A stretch of DNA of 64,000 nt, from contig CAYVVG010000012.1 of assembly GCA_964455285.1 (NCBI GenBank), forward strand, positions 672 through 64,671. Reading direction: 5' to 3'. Origin of the DNA: an uncultured Prolixibacteraceae bacterium (GTDB taxonomy: Bacteria; Bacteroidota; Bacteroidia; Bacteroidales; FEN-979). A model generated the notes under the pieces. The model did not search any database and was not told where the DNA came from. It saw only the letters and a list, made by a program, of their open reading frames with translations. Shown one piece after another: positions 26,706 through 36,924 of the stretch. Within the stretch, counting starts at the first letter, position 1. Every line of letters begins with the position of its first letter. A program made the translations under genes and the position numbers.

Positions 26706-28031
26706 ATGAAAGTTGCCATCGTGGGATCGGGGTATGTCGGGCTGGTCACCGGCACCTGCTTCGCCGAAGTAGGGATCGAGGTCACCTGCGTCGATATCGA
26801 CAAGCAAAAGATCGAAAACCTCAACAAAGGCATCATCCCCATCTATGAACCGGGTCTCGAGGAGATGGTTCACCGGAATATGAAAAAGGAACGGCTCCAT
26901 TTCACCACCGATATCGCGCAGGCGCTGAAGGGTTGTGAAGTGATCTTCAGTGCCGTTGGAACCCCGCCCGACGAAGACGGCAGCGCCGACCTGCAGTATG
27001 TGATCAGCGTGGCCCGTGACTGCGGACGTCACATGCAGGATTACCTGCTCATCGTGACCAAGAGCACCGTTCCGGTCGGAACCGCCGAAGCAGTGCGGAA
27101 GGCGGTCAGGGAGGAGCTCGATATCCGGGGGGTGAATATCCCCTTCGACGTGGCCTCCAACCCGGAATTCCTGAAGGAAGGCGCCGCCATCGACGATTTC
27201 CTGAAACCCGACCGGATCGTGATCGGATGCGATTCGCCCCGTGCCGAAGAGCTGATGAAGGCACTCTACAAACCCTTTACACTGAACGGCCATCCTATTA
27301 TCTTCATGGACATCACTTCGGCTGAAATGACGAAGTATGCCGCCAACTCCATGCTGGCCACCAAGATCAGCTTCATGAACGACATTGCCAACCTGTGCGA
27401 GATCGTGGGCGCCGACATCAACAAGGTGCGGAAGGGAATCGGGTCCGACAGCCGCATCGGCAACAAGTTCATCTACCCCGGGGTCGGATACGGAGGATCC
27501 TGCTTCCCCAAGGATGTTAAAGCACTGATCAAGACGGCAAAAGACTACCATTACCCGTTGCGTGTGCTGACCGCGGTGGAGGAGGTGAACGAAGACCAGA
27601 AATCGGTGCTCTTCCGGAAGTTCCTGAAACATTTCGGGGGCGATGTGGCAGGGAAGACAGTAGCCGTATGGGGCCTTTCGTTCAAGCCGCAAACCGACGA
27701 CATGCGCGAAGCTCCATCCCTTGTGATCATCCGAAGCCTTCTCGAGGCAGGAGTCAGAGTAAAAGCGTACGACCCGGTCGCCATGAACGAGACCCGGCGC
27801 ATCCTGGGAGAGGTGATTGAATATGCACCCGACCCGTACGACGCCCTGACCGGGGCCGACTGCCTGATGCTGATCACGGAATGGCCCGAGTTCAAAGTTC
27901 CCAATTTCACCCTTATCAAAGAGCTTTTGAAAAACCCGGTTGTGTTCGACGGCAGGAATATTTACGGGATCGAAACCATGAAACGCGACGGGTTCACTTA
28001 CTATTGCATCGGCGTGGACACGACAAAATAA
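26706..28031 (+). CDS. ugd: UDP-glucose 6-dehydrogenase
   Basis: [41 protein letters not shown] at 26667-26674. Confidence 0.95.
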   Translation: MKVAIVGSGYVGLVTGTCFAEVGIEVTCVDIDKQKIENLNKGIIPIYEPGLEEMVHRNMKKERLHFTTDIAQALKGCEVIFSAVGTPPDEDGSADLQYVISVARDCGRHMQDYLLIVTKSTVPVGTAEAVRKAVREELDIRGVNIPFDVASNPEFLKEGAAIDDFLKPDRIVIGCDSPRAEELMKALYKPFTLNGHPIIFMDITSAEMTKYAANSMLATKISFMNDIANLCEIVGADINKVRKGIGSDSRIGNKFIYPGVGYGGSCFPKDVKALIKTAKDYHYPLRVLTAVEEVNEDQKSVLFRKFLKHFGGDVAGKTVAVWGLSFKPQTDDMREAPSLVIIRSLLEAGVRVKAYDPVAMNETRRILGEVIEYAPDPYDALTGADCLMLITEWPEFKVPNFTLIKELLKNPVVFDGRNIYGIETMKRDGFTYYCIGVDTTK

Positions 28032-28052
28032 GTCATCCCAACCCCTGAGCCC

Positions 28053-28991
28053 ATGATACGGAAAAAGATTCTGGTCACCGGCGGCGCCGGCTTCCTCGGT
28101 TCCCATTTATGCGAGCGGCTGCTGCTCGAAGGGCATGAAGTGGCATGCCTCGACAACTACTTCACCGGACAAAAGCAGAATGTCGTCCACCTGCTGGACA
28201 ACCCCTATTTCGAGCTGATCCGCCACGACGTCACCATGCCTTTTTTCATCGAGGTCGATGAGATCTATAACCTCGCCTGCCCGGCTTCTCCCATCCATTA
28301 CCAGTACAATGCCATCAAAACGGTGAAGACCTCGGTGATGGGAGCGATCAACATGCTGGGACTCGCCAAGCGCATCAAGGCAAAGATCCTCCAGGCCTCG
28401 ACCAGCGAGGTGTACGGCGACCCCGAAGTGCACCCCCAGCCGGAAGCCTACTGGGGGCATGTCAACCCGGTCGGGGTGCGTTCCTGTTATGACGAAGGGA
28501 AACGGGTGGCTGAAACCCTGTTCATCAATTACCACAAACAGAACAACGTCAGGATCAAGATCATGCGCATTTTCAACACCTACGGTCCCCGGATGCATCC
28601 CAACGACGGCCGCGTGGTGTCGAATTTCATCCTGCAGGCACTGAGGGGCGAAGATATTACGGTGTACGGTGACGGGTCGCAGTCGCGAAGCTTTTGCTAT
28701 GTCGATGACCTTATCGATGGCATGATCCGGATGATGAATTCCCGCGAAGCATTCACCGGGCCCGTCAACATCGGCAATCCCAACGAGTTCACGATCATGG
28801 ATCTGGCCGAAAAGGTGATCCGGCTCACTGGATCCGCTTCGAAGATCGTCCACCAGGCTTTGCCAGCCGACGATCCCGCCCAACGTCAGCCCGACATCAC
28901 ACTGGCCAGGAAAGAACTTGGCTGGGAGCCGAAGATCATGCTGGAAGAAGGCCTCGGCCGGACCATTGAATATTTCCGATCCATCCTATGA
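28053..28991 (+). CDS. UDP-glucuronate decarboxylase (UDP-xylose synthase family SDR)
   Basis: [44 protein letters not shown]. Confidence 0.92.
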   Translation: MIRKKILVTGGAGFLGSHLCERLLLEGHEVACLDNYFTGQKQNVVHLLDNPYFELIRHDVTMPFFIEVDEIYNLACPASPIHYQYNAIKTVKTSVMGAINMLGLAKRIKAKILQASTSEVYGDPEVHPQPEAYWGHVNPVGVRSCYDEGKRVAETLFINYHKQNNVRIKIMRIFNTYGPRMHPNDGRVVSNFILQALRGEDITVYGDGSQSRSFCYVDDLIDGMIRMMNSREAFTGPVNIGNPNEFTIMDLAEKVIRLTGSASKIVHQALPADDPAQRQPDITLARKELGWEPKIMLEEGLGRTIEYFRSIL

Positions 28992-29875
28992 CCGAAACGA
29001 ATAGTCGCCGGGTAATCCTCGTAGCGGGTGCCGACGGACAGCTCGGGAACGAACTGAGGGTGCTCGCACCGATGCATCCGGGAATGGAGTTTCATTTCAC
29101 GGATGTCGGAGAACTGGATATCACCAGCGAGACGGCCGTCATGGCCATGACCGGTCGGCTCCGGCCATCGGTGATCATTAACTGCGCTGCCTATACTGCC
29201 GTCGACAAAGCCGAACAGGACGAGGAGAGAGCCACCCTGCTCAATGGCACTGCCCCCGGCATCCTGGCACGCGCGGCCGGTATGACAGGGGCGCTGCTGA
29301 TCCATGTCTCGACCGACTACGTGTTCGACGGCCGGGCCTGCACTCCCTATGCGGAAGATCACCCGGTTGCCCCGGCATCGGCTTACGGGCGCAGCAAGCT
29401 GATCGGCGAACAGCAGGTCAGGGTCCACGCCAGCCAGGCCATCATCCTTCGCACCTCCTGGCTCTATTCGTCGTTCGGACACAATTTCGTCAGGACGATG
29501 ATGAAGTATGGCAGAGAAAGGGGAAGTTTGCGGGTGGTGTTCGACCAGGCGGGCTCCCCGACCTATGCCCGCGACCTTGCTTCCGCCATCCTGCAAATCG
29601 TCGAATCCGGCCGGCCCGTCGAGGGTACGGAGGTTTTCCATTATGCCAATGAAGGCGTGGCAAGCTGGTATGATTTTGCCCTTGCCATCCTGGAGACAGG
29701 TGAGATCCCATGCATCGTGACCCCCATCCTCACCCGAGATTATCCCCTTCCCGCCGCAAGGCCGGCGTACAGCGTATTCGACAAAGCAAAGATCAAGGAG
29801 CGTTTCGGGATCCAAATACCCTACTGGAGAGATAGTTTGAAGGATTGTATGCGGGTGATAGGGGAAGAGCGATGA
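28988..29875 (+). CDS. rfbD: dTDP-4-dehydrorhamnose reductase
   Basis: [39 protein letters not shown]. Confidence 0.93.
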   Translation: MTETNSRRVILVAGADGQLGNELRVLAPMHPGMEFHFTDVGELDITSETAVMAMTGRLRPSVIINCAAYTAVDKAEQDEERATLLNGTAPGILARAAGMTGALLIHVSTDYVFDGRACTPYAEDHPVAPASAYGRSKLIGEQQVRVHASQAIILRTSWLYSSFGHNFVRTMMKYGRERGSLRVVFDQAGSPTYARDLASAILQIVESGRPVEGTEVFHYANEGVASWYDFALAILETGEIPCIVTPILTRDYPLPAARPAYSVFDKAKIKERFGIQIPYWRDSLKDCMRVIGEER

Positions 29876-29938
29876 GATTGAAGATTGAAGATTGAAGATT
29901 GAAGATTGAAGATTGAAGATTGAAGATTGAAGAATTGA
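29875..29938. repeat. 8x perfect heptamer AGATTGA (plus one variant) between rfbD and pgm
   Basis: Counted directly at 29875-29930; begins at the last base of the rfbD stop codon. Confidence 0.95.
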
Positions 29939-29958
29939 CTTTAGAAGATGGATGAATT

Positions 29959-31686
29959 ATGGACACGATGATCTTGGAACGGGCGCAGCAGTGGCTGGCC
30001 GGCAGTTTTGACGACGAGACGAAAGCCGCCGTGCAAAAGATGATGGACAACGATCCGGCGGAACTGACCGATTCGTTTTACCGCGACCTCGAATTCGGGA
30101 CGGGCGGACTTCGCGGGATCATGGGTGCAGGGACCAACCGCATGAACCGGTACACGGTGGGAATGGCCACCCAGGGCCTGGCTAACTACTTGAAAATGAT
30201 GTTCCCGGATTTAAATCCGGTCAAGGTGGCGGTATCGCACGACAGCCGGAACAACAGCAAGTTCTTTGCCCGGGTCGTCGCCGAAGTGATGTCGGCGAAC
30301 GGTTTCCTGGTCTATTTGTTCGAAGACCTGCGTCCCACGCCGGAATTGTCGTTCGCCATCCGTCACCTGGGCTGCCAGAGCGGGGTGATGGTAACTGCAT
30401 CGCACAACCCGAAAGAATACAACGGGTATAAGGCATACTGGGACGACGGAGCCCAGATGATCGCGCCCCACGACGAGAATGTGATCAGGGAGGTTCAGAA
30501 GATCACCTCCATCGACGATGTCAGGTGGAACGGAAGGGCTGAAAATATTATCCCCCTTGGCAAAGAGATCGACCATGAATACCTGTCGAGGGTGCAGGCA
30601 TTGTCGCTTTCGCCCGATTCGGTGAAGCGGCAGAAGGCGTTGAAGATCGTATACACGCCACTGCATGGATGCGGCCGCACCCTGGTGCCGGAGATCCTTC
30701 GCCTCAATGGATTTGAAAACATCCATGTCGTGAAGGAGCAGGCGGTGGCCGATGGCAATTTCCCAACGGTCCACTCCCCCAACCCGGAGGAGCAGAGTGC
30801 ACTCGATATGGCGATCAGCCTGGCTGAGGAGGTCGGCGCCGACCTGGTGATGGCCACCGATCCCGACGCCGACCGGGTCGGCATTGCGATCCGCGACCCC
30901 CGGAACCGGATGATCCTGCTGAACGGGAACCAAACGGCCGCCCTGGTTTTCTATTACATGCTCCTCCGGTGGAAAGAGCTGGGCAGGCTCACCGGCAACG
31001 AGTACATCGTCTCCACGATCGTCACCACGCGACTGCTGCCTGAGATTGCAGCCTCGTTCGGTGTGACCTATTTCGAATGCCTCACCGGCTTCAAATGGAT
31101 CGCCGACGTGATCCGAAGGCTGGAAGGGGAGCGAACCTATATCGTGGGCGGCGAGGAGAGTTATGGCCTGCTGATCGGCGACTTTATCCGCGACAAGGAT
31201 GCCATCAGCGCCTGTGCCATCATCGCCGAAACTGCAGCCTGGATGGCCGACCGGGGTCTCTCCCTGTTCGACCTGCTGCTGGATATCTACGAAAAGTACG
31301 GATTTTTCAAGGAGGGGCTGATCTCCGTGACCCGCAAAGGGAAATCGGGAGCGGAGGAGATCGAGGCAATGATGGTGAATTTCCGGACAAACCCGCCAGC
31401 GGCTATTTCCGGATCCCAGGTCGTTTTGATCCGGGATTACCTGTTGCAGAAGGAGTCGGACCGGTTGACGGGGACAGAAAAACCCATCGACCTTCCGAAG
31501 TCGAATGTCCTCCAGTTCCTGCTGGCCGATGGCAGCATCATCAGTGTGCGTCCCTCGGGGACCGAGCCCAAGATCAAGTTCTATTTCGGTGTGCGGGAAA
31601 AACTGGCGCGACGGGATGCATACGAAGAAACCGAGCGACAGCTCAACTCCCGTATCGAATCGATTATCAGCGAGTTAAAATTATAA
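29959..31686 (+). CDS. pgm: Phosphoglucomutase/phosphomannomutase
   Basis: FGTGGLRG, phosphoserine motif TASHNP, metal motif DPDADR, GEESYG, RPSGTEPKIKFY. Confidence 0.93.
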   Translation: MDTMILERAQQWLAGSFDDETKAAVQKMMDNDPAELTDSFYRDLEFGTGGLRGIMGAGTNRMNRYTVGMATQGLANYLKMMFPDLNPVKVAVSHDSRNNSKFFARVVAEVMSANGFLVYLFEDLRPTPELSFAIRHLGCQSGVMVTASHNPKEYNGYKAYWDDGAQMIAPHDENVIREVQKITSIDDVRWNGRAENIIPLGKEIDHEYLSRVQALSLSPDSVKRQKALKIVYTPLHGCGRTLVPEILRLNGFENIHVVKEQAVADGNFPTVHSPNPEEQSALDMAISLAEEVGADLVMATDPDADRVGIAIRDPRNRMILLNGNQTAALVFYYMLLRWKELGRLTGNEYIVSTIVTTRLLPEIAASFGVTYFECLTGFKWIADVIRRLEGERTYIVGGEESYGLLIGDFIRDKDAISACAIIAETAAWMADRGLSLFDLLLDIYEKYGFFKEGLISVTRKGKSGAEEIEAMMVNFRTNPPAAISGSQVVLIRDYLLQKESDRLTGTEKPIDLPKSNVLQFLLADGSIISVRPSGTEPKIKFYFGVREKLARRDAYEETERQLNSRIESIISELKL

Positions 31687-31778
31687 TAGCAGCATCAATC
31701 GGGGTCGGATCTCTCCAGTCGACGGAGGGAAGGCATACCCCGGCACACCTAGCAGGTAACCGTAAACGGAGGTTGACC

Positions 31779-32324
31779 ATGACCGAAAACAATGCGATGG
31801 CGGGGAGTGATCCCTTGTATTCCACCCAGGTGCTGGAGTTGATCACTGTAGCCAATGAGTACTGCCGTTTCCTGGAGAAAGCCGACGAGTATGAGCCTGC
31901 GGAAATCATGGGATTCCTGCAGAAAGTCGGTCCCCTGATCTACCTGAAAAGTGTGCTGTTACCGGAAGTGGAGGTGGCAGATGAGGATGCCGTTGAACAT
32001 TATGTCACCGAGGAGCAATGGGAGGCGATGTTCAACGTGCTCCACAACAAGTTCGGAACCCGCGATGAATTCTATTACGTCGATCTCCGTGAGAGAAGTC
32101 ATCACGATCCGGTCCGTGGAAGCCTCGCCGAATGTTGCACCGACACATACCAGGACTTGAAAGACTTCCTGATGCTGTACCAGCATCCGAAACGGCACTT
32201 TAAGGAAAATGCGGTTCGGGAATGCCGGCGCTTGTTTGAAAACCGCTACGGATTCAGCCTGGTGCACGCCCAGGAAGCCCTTCACGGGATCATGTATCCG
32301 GCGGGCGATGAGATCACCTGGTGA
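31779..32324 (+). CDS. DUF5063-like conserved Bacteroidota protein
   Basis: True start is MTENN at 31779; the track ORF 31077 is an upstream extension. VANEYCRFLE, LIYLKS, YVTEEQW and DTYQDLKDF resemble this family, from memory. Confidence 0.7.
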   Translation: MTENNAMAGSDPLYSTQVLELITVANEYCRFLEKADEYEPAEIMGFLQKVGPLIYLKSVLLPEVEVADEDAVEHYVTEEQWEAMFNVLHNKFGTRDEFYYVDLRERSHHDPVRGSLAECCTDTYQDLKDFLMLYQHPKRHFKENAVRECRRLFENRYGFSLVHAQEALHGIMYPAGDEITW

Positions 32325-33330
32325 TCCGGTCGAGCCGGTTCAGCCCTTCTATCGCCTTTTCGTAATTCACATGCACTTTCAGTGCCTGTTGGTAGTCGGC
32401 GTACGCTTTCTTGTAATCCCCCGCCAGTTCGTAGGCATATCCCCTGTTATACCATGCTTCGGTGTAACCGGGATCTTTCTTCAGCGCCTCGGTAAAGAAC
32501 TGCACCGCTTTGGGAAAGTCCTGCAGGAAAACAAGGCAGATATAACCCGGATTGTAATAGGCCTCCCTGGAGGTTGTGTCGGCAACTGAAAGGCGGTGGT
32601 AGGTGGCGATCGCCTTTTCATAATTCCCGGTTTCCTGATAGAAAAGCCCAAGCATGTAGAGTGCTTCACGGCTGACCGGGCGCAGGTTGAGGGCCTGGTT
32701 GAGGTAAAGCTCGGCCAGCCTGTCCTTGCGCATGGAGTAGAGTTCGCCGAGTTGCACCAGCGCTTCGTAATACTCCTGGTTATAGTCAACGGCCTTTTTC
32801 AGGTCATCGACAGCCCTCAGGGTATCGCCCTGTTCCAGCAGGGCCAGTGACCGGATGTAGTAACCGGGGGCAAAGCTGTTGTCGATGGCCAGCAACTTTT
32901 TAAGGGTTTCGTGACAACTGCGGTAGTCCTTCATGATCAGGTACAACTTGGCCAGTTTCATCAATGCATCGGTGTTTGAAGCATCGATGCGCAAGGCGGT
33001 TTCGAGCGCATTTTTGCTTTCGCCCGGATTGGCCATCAGCAGGTAGATGTCGGAGAGGGTGACAAAGTAACTGGCGTTGCGCGAGTCGAGCGATATCGCC
33101 TGACGGATATCTTTCAGGGCGAGATCGAACTGCCGTTCCAGCAGGTAAAACCTTGCCCGCCGGTTGTACGGGGCCGGGTTGGAAGGATCGTCGGTGATCA
33201 GGCGGTTGAGCGAAGCAAGTTGCAATTGTGCCGAATCGCCTGCCGGCGCCTTTCCCTCATCGCGGGTTCCTCCCGGGCCGCACGAAGCCAGCAGGGCCAG
33301 GCAGCATACAGCAATAACCAGGTTTCTCAT
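32314..33330 (-). CDS. Tetratricopeptide repeat lipoprotein
   Basis: Lipobox LASC after start MRNLVI (33330), then serial TPR helices. Confidence 0.85.
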   Translation of the reverse strand: MRNLVIAVCCLALLASCGPGGTRDEGKAPAGDSAQLQLASLNRLITDDPSNPAPYNRRARFYLLERQFDLALKDIRQAISLDSRNASYFVTLSDIYLLMANPGESKNALETALRIDASNTDALMKLAKLYLIMKDYRSCHETLKKLLAIDNSFAPGYYIRSLALLEQGDTLRAVDDLKKAVDYNQEYYEALVQLGELYSMRKDRLAELYLNQALNLRPVSREALYMLGLFYQETGNYEKAIATYHRLSVADTTSREAYYNPGYICLVFLQDFPKAVQFFTEALKKDPGYTEAWYNRGYAYELAGDYKKAYADYQQALKVHVNYEKAIEGLNRLDRITR

Positions 33331-33334
33331 GCAT

Positions 33335-34339
33335 TTACGGGTGACTGATAAGAACTTCCTTGATCTTGGCTTCGAGTTCATCGGCCAGCTCCGGGTTATC
33401 CATGATGATCTTTTTAACGGCGTCGCGTCCCTGTCCCAGTTTGGTATCTCCGTAACTGAACCACGAACCGCTCTTTTTGATGATGTTCATCTCGGTCGCC
33501 ATGTCGATGATCTCATACCCGCGGGATATCCCTTCACCGAAGATGATGTCGAATTCGGCTTTCCGGAACGGCGGGGCGACTTTGTTCTTGACCACCTTCA
33601 CCTTCACGTGGTTCCCCACCACCTCCTCCCCCTCTTTGAGCTGGGTTTGACGGCGGATATCGAGACGCACCGAGGCATAGAATTTCAGTGCATTTCCTCC
33701 GGTGGTCGTTTCGGGGTTGCCGAACATCACGCCGATCTTTTCGCGGAGCTGGTTGATGAAGATGCAGCAGGTCGCCGTTTTGCTGATCGTCGAGGTCAGC
33801 TTTCGCAAGGCCTGCGACATCAGCCGGGCCTGGAGCCCCACCTTGGCGTCGCCCATCTCTCCTTCGATCTCGCTTTTTGGGGTGAGTGCCGCCACCGAGT
33901 CGATCACGATGATATCGATCGCGCCCGAACGGATCAGGTTTTCAGTGATCTCCAATGCCTGTTCTCCGTTGTCGGGTTGCGATACCAGCAGGTTCTCGAC
34001 ATCCACCCCGAGTTTCTGGGCATAGAAGCGGTCGAAAGCGTGCTCGGCATCGATAAACGCTGCGATACCGCCCGTTTTCTGGGATTCGGCAATGGCATGC
34101 AGGGCCAGTGTCGTCTTGCCGGATGATTCCGGACCGTAGATCTCGATGACCCTTCCCTTGGGAAGTCCCCCGATGCCGAGGGCGGCATCGAGCCCGATCG
34201 AGCCGGTATGGATCACGTCGACAGGCTCTACTACGTTGTCGCCCAGGCGCATGATGGTCCCTTTCCCGAAGGTCTTTTCCAGCTTGTCGAGGGTCAGCTG
34301 CAGGGCTTTGATCTTTTCCTTGTTCTGTTCGTTTGACAT
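33335..34339 (-). CDS. recA: Recombinase A
   Basis: GPESSGKTT Walker [39 protein letters not shown]. Confidence 0.98.
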   Translation of the reverse strand: MSNEQNKEKIKALQLTLDKLEKTFGKGTIMRLGDNVVEPVDVIHTGSIGLDAALGIGGLPKGRVIEIYGPESSGKTTLALHAIAESQKTGGIAAFIDAEHAFDRFYAQKLGVDVENLLVSQPDNGEQALEITENLIRSGAIDIIVIDSVAALTPKSEIEGEMGDAKVGLQARLMSQALRKLTSTISKTATCCIFINQLREKIGVMFGNPETTTGGNALKFYASVRLDIRRQTQLKEGEEVVGNHVKVKVVKNKVAPPFRKAEFDIIFGEGISRGYEIIDMATEMNIIKKSGSWFSYGDTKLGQGRDAVKKIIMDNPELADELEAKIKEVLISHP

Positions 34340-34389
34340 GTTCTTTTCCTCCTTTTTTACAGGGGCGCGCCGGTGCACGCCCTTTCGGG

Positions 34390-34860
34390 TTAATCTTGAT
34401 CCAGGACCTTCAGGATCTGGGCGGTGTGGTTTTTTGTATCGACTTTTGTGATGATATGAGCGATCCGTCCATCACCATCGATAAGATAGGTGGTGCGAAG
34501 CAGTCCCTCATATTCCTTTCCATACAGCTTTTTTTTGCCCCAGGCTCCGTAGGCCATGATGATATTCTTTGCTTTATCGGAAATAAGGGCAAAAGGTAAT
34601 ACGTATTTTGAAGAAAAATTTTTATGCGACCTCTCATCGTCCGGACTGACTCCCAGCACGACGATGCCCTTTTCTCTGAGGATCTGAAAGTTATCCCTGA
34701 GATTGCAGGCTTCGGCCGTGCATCCGGGAGTGTCGTCTTTCGGATAAAAATAGAGTACCACCCGGCTTCCCCTGAACTGTTTCAGGGATACAGGGTTGCC
34801 CGATTGGTCCACCGATTCGAAATCGGGGGCAGGATCGCCCACTTTCAATTTCATGTTCAT
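34390..34860 (-). CDS. bcp: Thioredoxin-dependent thiol peroxidase (BCP/PrxQ)
   Basis: [15 protein letters not shown]. Minus-strand TAACTTTG at 34896-34903. Confidence 0.95.
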   Translation of the reverse strand: MNMKLKVGDPAPDFESVDQSGNPVSLKQFRGSRVVLYFYPKDDTPGCTAEACNLRDNFQILREKGIVVLGVSPDDERSHKNFSSKYVLPFALISDKAKNIIMAYGAWGKKKLYGKEYEGLLRTTYLIDGDGRIAHIITKVDTKNHTAQILKVLDQD

Positions 34861-34900
34861 GATTGTCCGGATTATCTGATCAAAGAATTATTCTCCAAAG

Positions 34901-35539
34901 TTAGGATAATTCGCGGTGATATTTGCAGTATTCCCTGATCCCGCATTCACCGCACCTGGGTTTTCGCGCCTGGCAAACGTACCGTCCGTGAAGGATCAGC
35001 CAATGGTGGGCGATCGACAGAAGTTCCTCCGGGATATATTTTACCAGTTGCTTTTCCGTTTCCAGGGGCGTTTTTGCCCCCACCGAAAGTCCGACGCGTG
35101 CAGCCACCCGGAATACATGGGTATCGACGGCCAGGGCAGGCTTGTTGAATGCCACCGAGACCAGCACGTTGGCCGACTTTCGGCCGATGCCGGGTATCTT
35201 TTGAAGATCATCTGCCTCTTCGGGCAACCGGCCGCCATAACTTTCCATCACTTTCCGGGCCATGGCGATGAGGTTCCGGGTCTTGTTATTGGGATACGAA
35301 CAACTTCTGATGAGGGCGAAGACGTCCTCGGCCGCGGCTTCCGCAAGAGTCGGGAAAGTCGGGAAGGAGGCGAAAAAAGCCGGTGTGATCAGGTTGACCC
35401 TCTTGTCGGTGCACTGGGCCGACAGGATGACGGCCACGGCAAGTTCGTAGGGATCGCGGTATACCAGTTCAGTTTCTGCCACGGGGCGGTTCTCACGAAA
35501 CCAGTCGAGCACCCGCCTGAATCGCTCCTCTCTTCTCAT
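34901..35539 (-). CDS. nth: Endonuclease III
   Basis: LSAQCTD, HhH PGIGRKSAN, VDTHVFRV, 4Fe-4S motif CQARKPRCGECGIREYC. Confidence 0.95.
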   Translation of the reverse strand: MRREERFRRVLDWFRENRPVAETELVYRDPYELAVAVILSAQCTDKRVNLITPAFFASFPTFPTLAEAAAEDVFALIRSCSYPNNKTRNLIAMARKVMESYGGRLPEEADDLQKIPGIGRKSANVLVSVAFNKPALAVDTHVFRVAARVGLSVGAKTPLETEKQLVKYIPEELLSIAHHWLILHGRYVCQARKPRCGECGIREYCKYHRELS

Positions 35540-36702
35540 TATTTCCCCCGGAGAACGGTCAGGGATCCCTTTCTAAGGTAGGTGGTGGTCTGTGCGGTGA
35601 GTTTCAGCACATAGAAATAGGTGCCATCGGCCAGGCGTTCGGCTTCCCAGTCTTCGCTTTTATAATTCTCCGCGCTGAAAACCTTTTTCCCCCACCGGTC
35701 GAAGATCACCAGTTCGTTGGTGAGGAAGGCCTCGCGGAAATCGCGTTCGCGGTCATCAACCAGTTCAATGGCGAATTTGTCATTGACGAAATCTCCGTTG
35801 GGGGTGATCAGGTTGGGGATGTCAAGTTCGGCCGGTTTCAGGCTGATCATGCGGGTGTACGTGGTATCGCACCCGTTGTGGTCGGTAACGGTCAGCCGCA
35901 CCTTCACCTGCCCCTCTTTCAGCGTATCGGCATAGGTGTGCGCCACCGGGTTCACGTTGGCGGCCGAAGTGGAATCGCCGAAATTCCATGTCCAGTTGGT
36001 GATCTCGGGGAGAAGTGTCGCGGGAAAACTCACCTCGAAAACAGGTTTGGTCAGGTAAACGACACTGTCGGGGAGGATCTCGAAAGTTCCTTTCGGAGAA
36101 TGAAGGAAATCGACCAGGTAAGCGCTGTCGAGGGAACAGCCGGCCGAATCGGTCACCCGGAAGGTATAACGACCGGGACAGAGCCCGTAGATCAGGGTAT
36201 CTTCCGAAAAACCGGCGGCATTCCATTTATAAATGTATTTGCGGTCGCCCGTGAAGGGGGTCCCTCCGGAAACGCTGACGGCATATTGCCCGATGCAGTT
36301 CCGCTTGTATTTTCCGCTCTCAATCTTCAGCAGGCATCCCAGGTCGTTGTACCGGTACAGCGTATCAATGTACATCCGGGGCCGCATCCGCAGGAGGGCA
36401 TCGTTGCTCGTGTCCGTACCAGCCCCTTCCACGGTCACAATGCACCGGTAAATACCCTGCGAGGAGCCATCGACCGGATAGATCTTCAGCAAGGAATCCG
36501 AAGCACCTGGACCGGTATAGTCGATATAATTCTTTTGCCAGCGGTAGGTGATCGTTCCGGTCCCCGCCCCGGTGATCAGTGTACGGTAGATGACACTGTC
36601 GCGGAAACACACGGTGGTATCGGCCGGGTTGACCGTAACGGACACCTGGCCCCGGGCTGTCGCAAGGCTGAGCAGGAAAATGGCAGCGAGGAGATGCTTC
36701 AT
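35539..36702 (-). CDS. Secreted Ig/PKD protein with T9SS type B C-terminal domain
   Basis: Signal peptide then Gln, Ig-like YRWQKN...YRC, PKD WNFGD, CTD IPNLITPNGD...FDRWG...GTYFY. Minus-strand TACTTTTG at 36722-36729. Confidence 0.85.
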   Translation of the reverse strand: MKHLLAAIFLLSLATARGQVSVTVNPADTTVCFRDSVIYRTLITGAGTGTITYRWQKNYIDYTGPGASDSLLKIYPVDGSSQGIYRCIVTVEGAGTDTSNDALLRMRPRMYIDTLYRYNDLGCLLKIESGKYKRNCIGQYAVSVSGGTPFTGDRKYIYKWNAAGFSEDTLIYGLCPGRYTFRVTDSAGCSLDSAYLVDFLHSPKGTFEILPDSVVYLTKPVFEVSFPATLLPEITNWTWNFGDSTSAANVNPVAHTYADTLKEGQVKVRLTVTDHNGCDTTYTRMISLKPAELDIPNLITPNGDFVNDKFAIELVDDRERDFREAFLTNELVIFDRWGKKVFSAENYKSEDWEAERLADGTYFYVLKLTAQTTTYLRKGSLTVLRGK

Positions 36703-36924
36703 CGGGTTGTCAATACCGGGGCAAAAGTAACAAATTCTTTTGATTCTCCGGAGATACGCTTAACGCAGGAAAGCCGTCTTTAGTATAAAGTTTTTCACAC
36801 ATGGGAACAGCCAAAAAGGCCGGAATCCGGCGCATGCCCTGCCAATTTTTCATCCTTTCGGGCCCTGAACGGTCGTGGCCGGGATTTTGCGGGGGGTCAG
36901 CCGGACACAAACGGAGGAATTACG

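Noticed and set aside
26238-28106. 622-aa minus-strand ORF (also 13604-14977, 59857-61197, 55497-56603)
   Set aside because: Antisense shadows of ugd/lexA-like, the kinase, ligA and pnp; no independent motifs or promoter.
31690-31775. Possible structured RNA between pgm and the DUF5063-like gene (GGGGT...ACCCC outer stem, CTCTCC/GGAGGG inner stem)
   Set aside because: Pairing is short in GC-rich DNA and matches no family I recognise (not SRP, not a riboswitch I can name). It would need an Infernal/Rfam search and covariation.
31077-31778. N-terminal extension of the DUF5063-like ORF
   Set aside because: It overlaps pgm in another frame; the plausible start is 31779.
36703-36924. Heat-shock operator upstream of clpB
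   Set aside because: No CIRCE (TTAGCACTC-N9-GAGTGCTAA). A TGCCA-containing stretch is present but too weak to call from one copy.
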